Source: an uncultured Anaerolineales bacterium (GTDB lineage Bacteria; Chloroflexota; Anaerolineae; Anaerolineales; UBA11858). Taken from it: a DNA stretch of 64,000 bases. The stretch's first letter is position 1, and the number at the start of each line of letters is the position of its first letter. Shown here piece after piece: positions 62,418 to 64,000 of the stretch. The notes beneath the pieces are model-generated. The model saw only the letters and a program-made list of their open reading frames with translations, made no database searches and was not told the DNA's origin. The position numbers and the translations under genes are program-made. Location: positions 5,317-69,316 of the forward strand of contig CAZUSV010000001.1 in assembly GCA_964622645.1 (NCBI GenBank), written 5' to 3'.

Positions 62418-62529
62418 CTCACCGCTGAGACGCGGAGACCGCAGAGATGTACTTGAAGTAGAGACAAAGATGATTGTTGATCTCCCTCTCAAAGTATTCT
62501 CTGTGTACTCTGTGTCTCTGCGGTGAAAA
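62418..62529. repeat. 112-nt imperfect inverted repeat filling the spacer between UPF0261 and the PEP-hydrolase-like gene
   Basis: TCACCGCTGAGACGCGGAGACCGCAGAG (62418-62446) against TTCTCTGTGTACTCTGTGTCTCTGCGGTGAAAA (62497-62529). Confidence 0.7.
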
Positions 62530-62543
62530 TAAGGAGATTCAGA

Positions 62544-63374
62544 ATGGCCATTGCACGAAAAGAGATCATCAAACGTTTGAAGGCCCAGACCAAAGCCGGC
62601 AAGCCGATCGTCGGCTGCGGCGCGGGCACTGGCATCTCGGCTAAATTCGCCGAGGCTGGCGGCGCTGATATTATCATCATCTACAACTCCGGGCGCTACC
62701 GTATGGCTGGGCGTGGCTCTTTAGCAGGGTTGCTGCCCTATGGCGATGCCAACGGCATCGTGGTTGAGATGGCTGCTGAAGTACTGCCAGTGGTCAAGGA
62801 TACGCCAGTGCAGGCCGGAGTCTGCGGCACAGACCCCTTCCGTTTGATGCCGGTGTTCTTGAAGCAGTTGAAAGAGATAGGCTTCTCCGGAGTGCAGAAT
62901 TTCCCTACTGTCGGGTTATTCGATGGTAAGTTCCGCAACAACCTGGAAGCAACTGGAATGGGTTATGACAAGGAAGTCGAAATGATTCGGCTGGCCCATG
63001 AAATGGACTTCTTTACCACGCCTTATGTCTTTGCTGTGGAAGAGGCTCAAGCCATGACAAGAGCCGGAGCTGATCTGTTGGTCTGTCACGTCGGCCTGAC
63101 TACCGCGGGCAGCATCGGCGCGGCTGAGGCCTTCACGCTCGATGAAGCCATCGATAAGGTCATGGCCATGGCTGAGGCTTCATGGTCGATCAACAGAAAG
63201 CAGATGGTGATTTGCCACGGCGGTCCTTTTGACGAGCCCGAAAATGTCGGCGTTGCACTGAAGAAGATGCCCGGGATTGTTGGATTCTTTGGCGCTTCCA
63301 GTATCGAACGTTTACCGACGGAGCGCGCCATTCGCGGGCAGGTGGATGCGTTCAAGGGTCTGCAGATGGCGTGA
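62544..63374 (+). CDS. phosphoenolpyruvate hydrolase-like TIM barrel (PF09370-type, Tm-1 C-domain-like)
   Basis: [79 protein letters not shown] 7 nt before ATG 62544. Confidence 0.7.
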   Translation: MAIARKEIIKRLKAQTKAGKPIVGCGAGTGISAKFAEAGGADIIIIYNSGRYRMAGRGSLAGLLPYGDANGIVVEMAAEVLPVVKDTPVQAGVCGTDPFRLMPVFLKQLKEIGFSGVQNFPTVGLFDGKFRNNLEATGMGYDKEVEMIRLAHEMDFFTTPYVFAVEEAQAMTRAGADLLVCHVGLTTAGSIGAAEAFTLDEAIDKVMAMAEASWSINRKQMVICHGGPFDEPENVGVALKKMPGIVGFFGASSIERLPTERAIRGQVDAFKGLQMA

Positions 63375-63415
63375 TACCCTCCCACGTAATTCCGGCCACG
63401 GTGGAATTGGATTAT

Positions 63416-64000
63416 TTACGGGGCTTCACTCTGGAGGCTAATCCCACGCAAACCAACGGCAGCCAACCCAAATGCCAGCAAGGCTGCCACAGGCATAACC
63501 AGCAGTGAAGTTTGCAGGTTGGAGTGGCGCGCGATCAAAGACATCAAAAAAGGCAATAATATCCCGCCAATGGGAATTGCCACCTTGATTGTGCCAATGA
63601 CAGTTCCAGCCATATCTTTGAAGAGCAATCCTGCCAAAGTGATAATCAGGGGGAGTAGGGCAGATAAAGTTATTCCTGCAATATATATCAAGGGATAGGT
63701 AAATTCGTTCAGGTCTAAGTAATAAAGCCCAAAAAAGAGCATCGTTGCCAGGGCAAATAGCGTCTGCAGATATTGAACGATCTGGTCTTCACGCGTCAGC
63801 AGGCCAATAATCAGGCGACCCGAGGCGACACCACCCAGGAAAGTGATCAAGCCTATCTTTGAGGTCAGCTGTGTGAAATCGCGCAGCTCCATCAGGTATG
63901 TGGTCAGAATGCCGATGGTGCTTAATTCAACGCCAACTGCCAGGATGGTGAGCAAAAAAAGCATGACCACGGTGCGATTTTTTGCCAGTACTAAAATTTT
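63416..64000 (-). CDS. polytopic membrane transporter, MFS-like; 5-prime end lies beyond the window
   Basis: The minus-strand ORF is open to nt 64000. Six or more hydrophobic helices. Loop GGVASGRLIIGLLTRED is reminiscent of MFS. Confidence 0.5.
   Translation of the reverse strand, partial: KILVLAKNRTVVMLFLLTILAVGVELSTIGILTTYLMELRDFTQLTSKIGLITFLGGVASGRLIIGLLTREDQIVQYLQTLFALATMLFFGLYYLDLNEFTYPLIYIAGITLSALLPLIITLAGLLFKDMAGTVIGTIKVAIPIGGILLPFLMSLIARHSNLQTSLLVMPVAALLAFGLAAVGLRGISLQSEAP

Overview
This 64-kb window looks like a Chloroflexota-type (Anaerolineae-like) chromosome segment. That taxonomic call is inferred from gene content only, since no search could be run. All family calls are made by eye from motifs.

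The window has two contrasting halves.

**Left half (about 1-31 kb): accessory and visibly decaying.**
- A YD-repeat/CHAT protein next to an M48-like membrane protease.
- An orphan three-gene cassette: a squalene/phytoene-synthase-like enzyme, a DUF5685-like protein, and a protein ending in an 11-cysteine tail.
- A membrane-anchored clan GH-A glycosidase.
- Two Phd/PIN toxin-antitoxin pairs plus a small-protein/nucleotidyltransferase pair.
- A roughly 320-bp structured non-coding repeat present in two full copies and one partial copy. Each full copy sits directly upstream of a different TA pair.
- Two minus-strand FHA-domain envelope operons downstream of a SARP/BTAD-ATPase-TPR regulator. One FHA gene is broken at a G8 homopolymer.
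- A 1.27-kb IS4-like element with a split transposase.
- At least six gene remnants.

**Right half (about 32-64 kb): a GC-richer, almost entirely plus-strand carbohydrate locus.**
- Divergent GntR paralogues.
- A CUT1-type ABC importer with two ATPase genes.
- Several xylose-isomerase-fold TIM barrels and two Gfo/Idh/MocA oxidoreductases.
- xylB, a PfkB kinase, one in-frame-deleted xylA and one divergent xylA-like gene.
- A GlcD-like flavoprotein with a cysteine-less GlcF-like partner.
- A LarA homologue and a creatininase-family protein.
- Two UPF0261 (Tm-1 N-domain-like) genes, one paired with a PEP-hydrolase-like TIM barrel.
- The strongest candidate for something new: a Lys-to-Ala aldolase paralogue, then a class I aldolase fused to a four-cluster polyferredoxin, translationally coupled to a tungsten-type aldehyde:ferredoxin oxidoreductase.

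The intercistronic spacers of this locus hold a family of low-complexity imperfect hairpins. Their arms are built from short tandem words that differ from spacer to spacer.

No rRNA, tRNA or CRISPR array was found.
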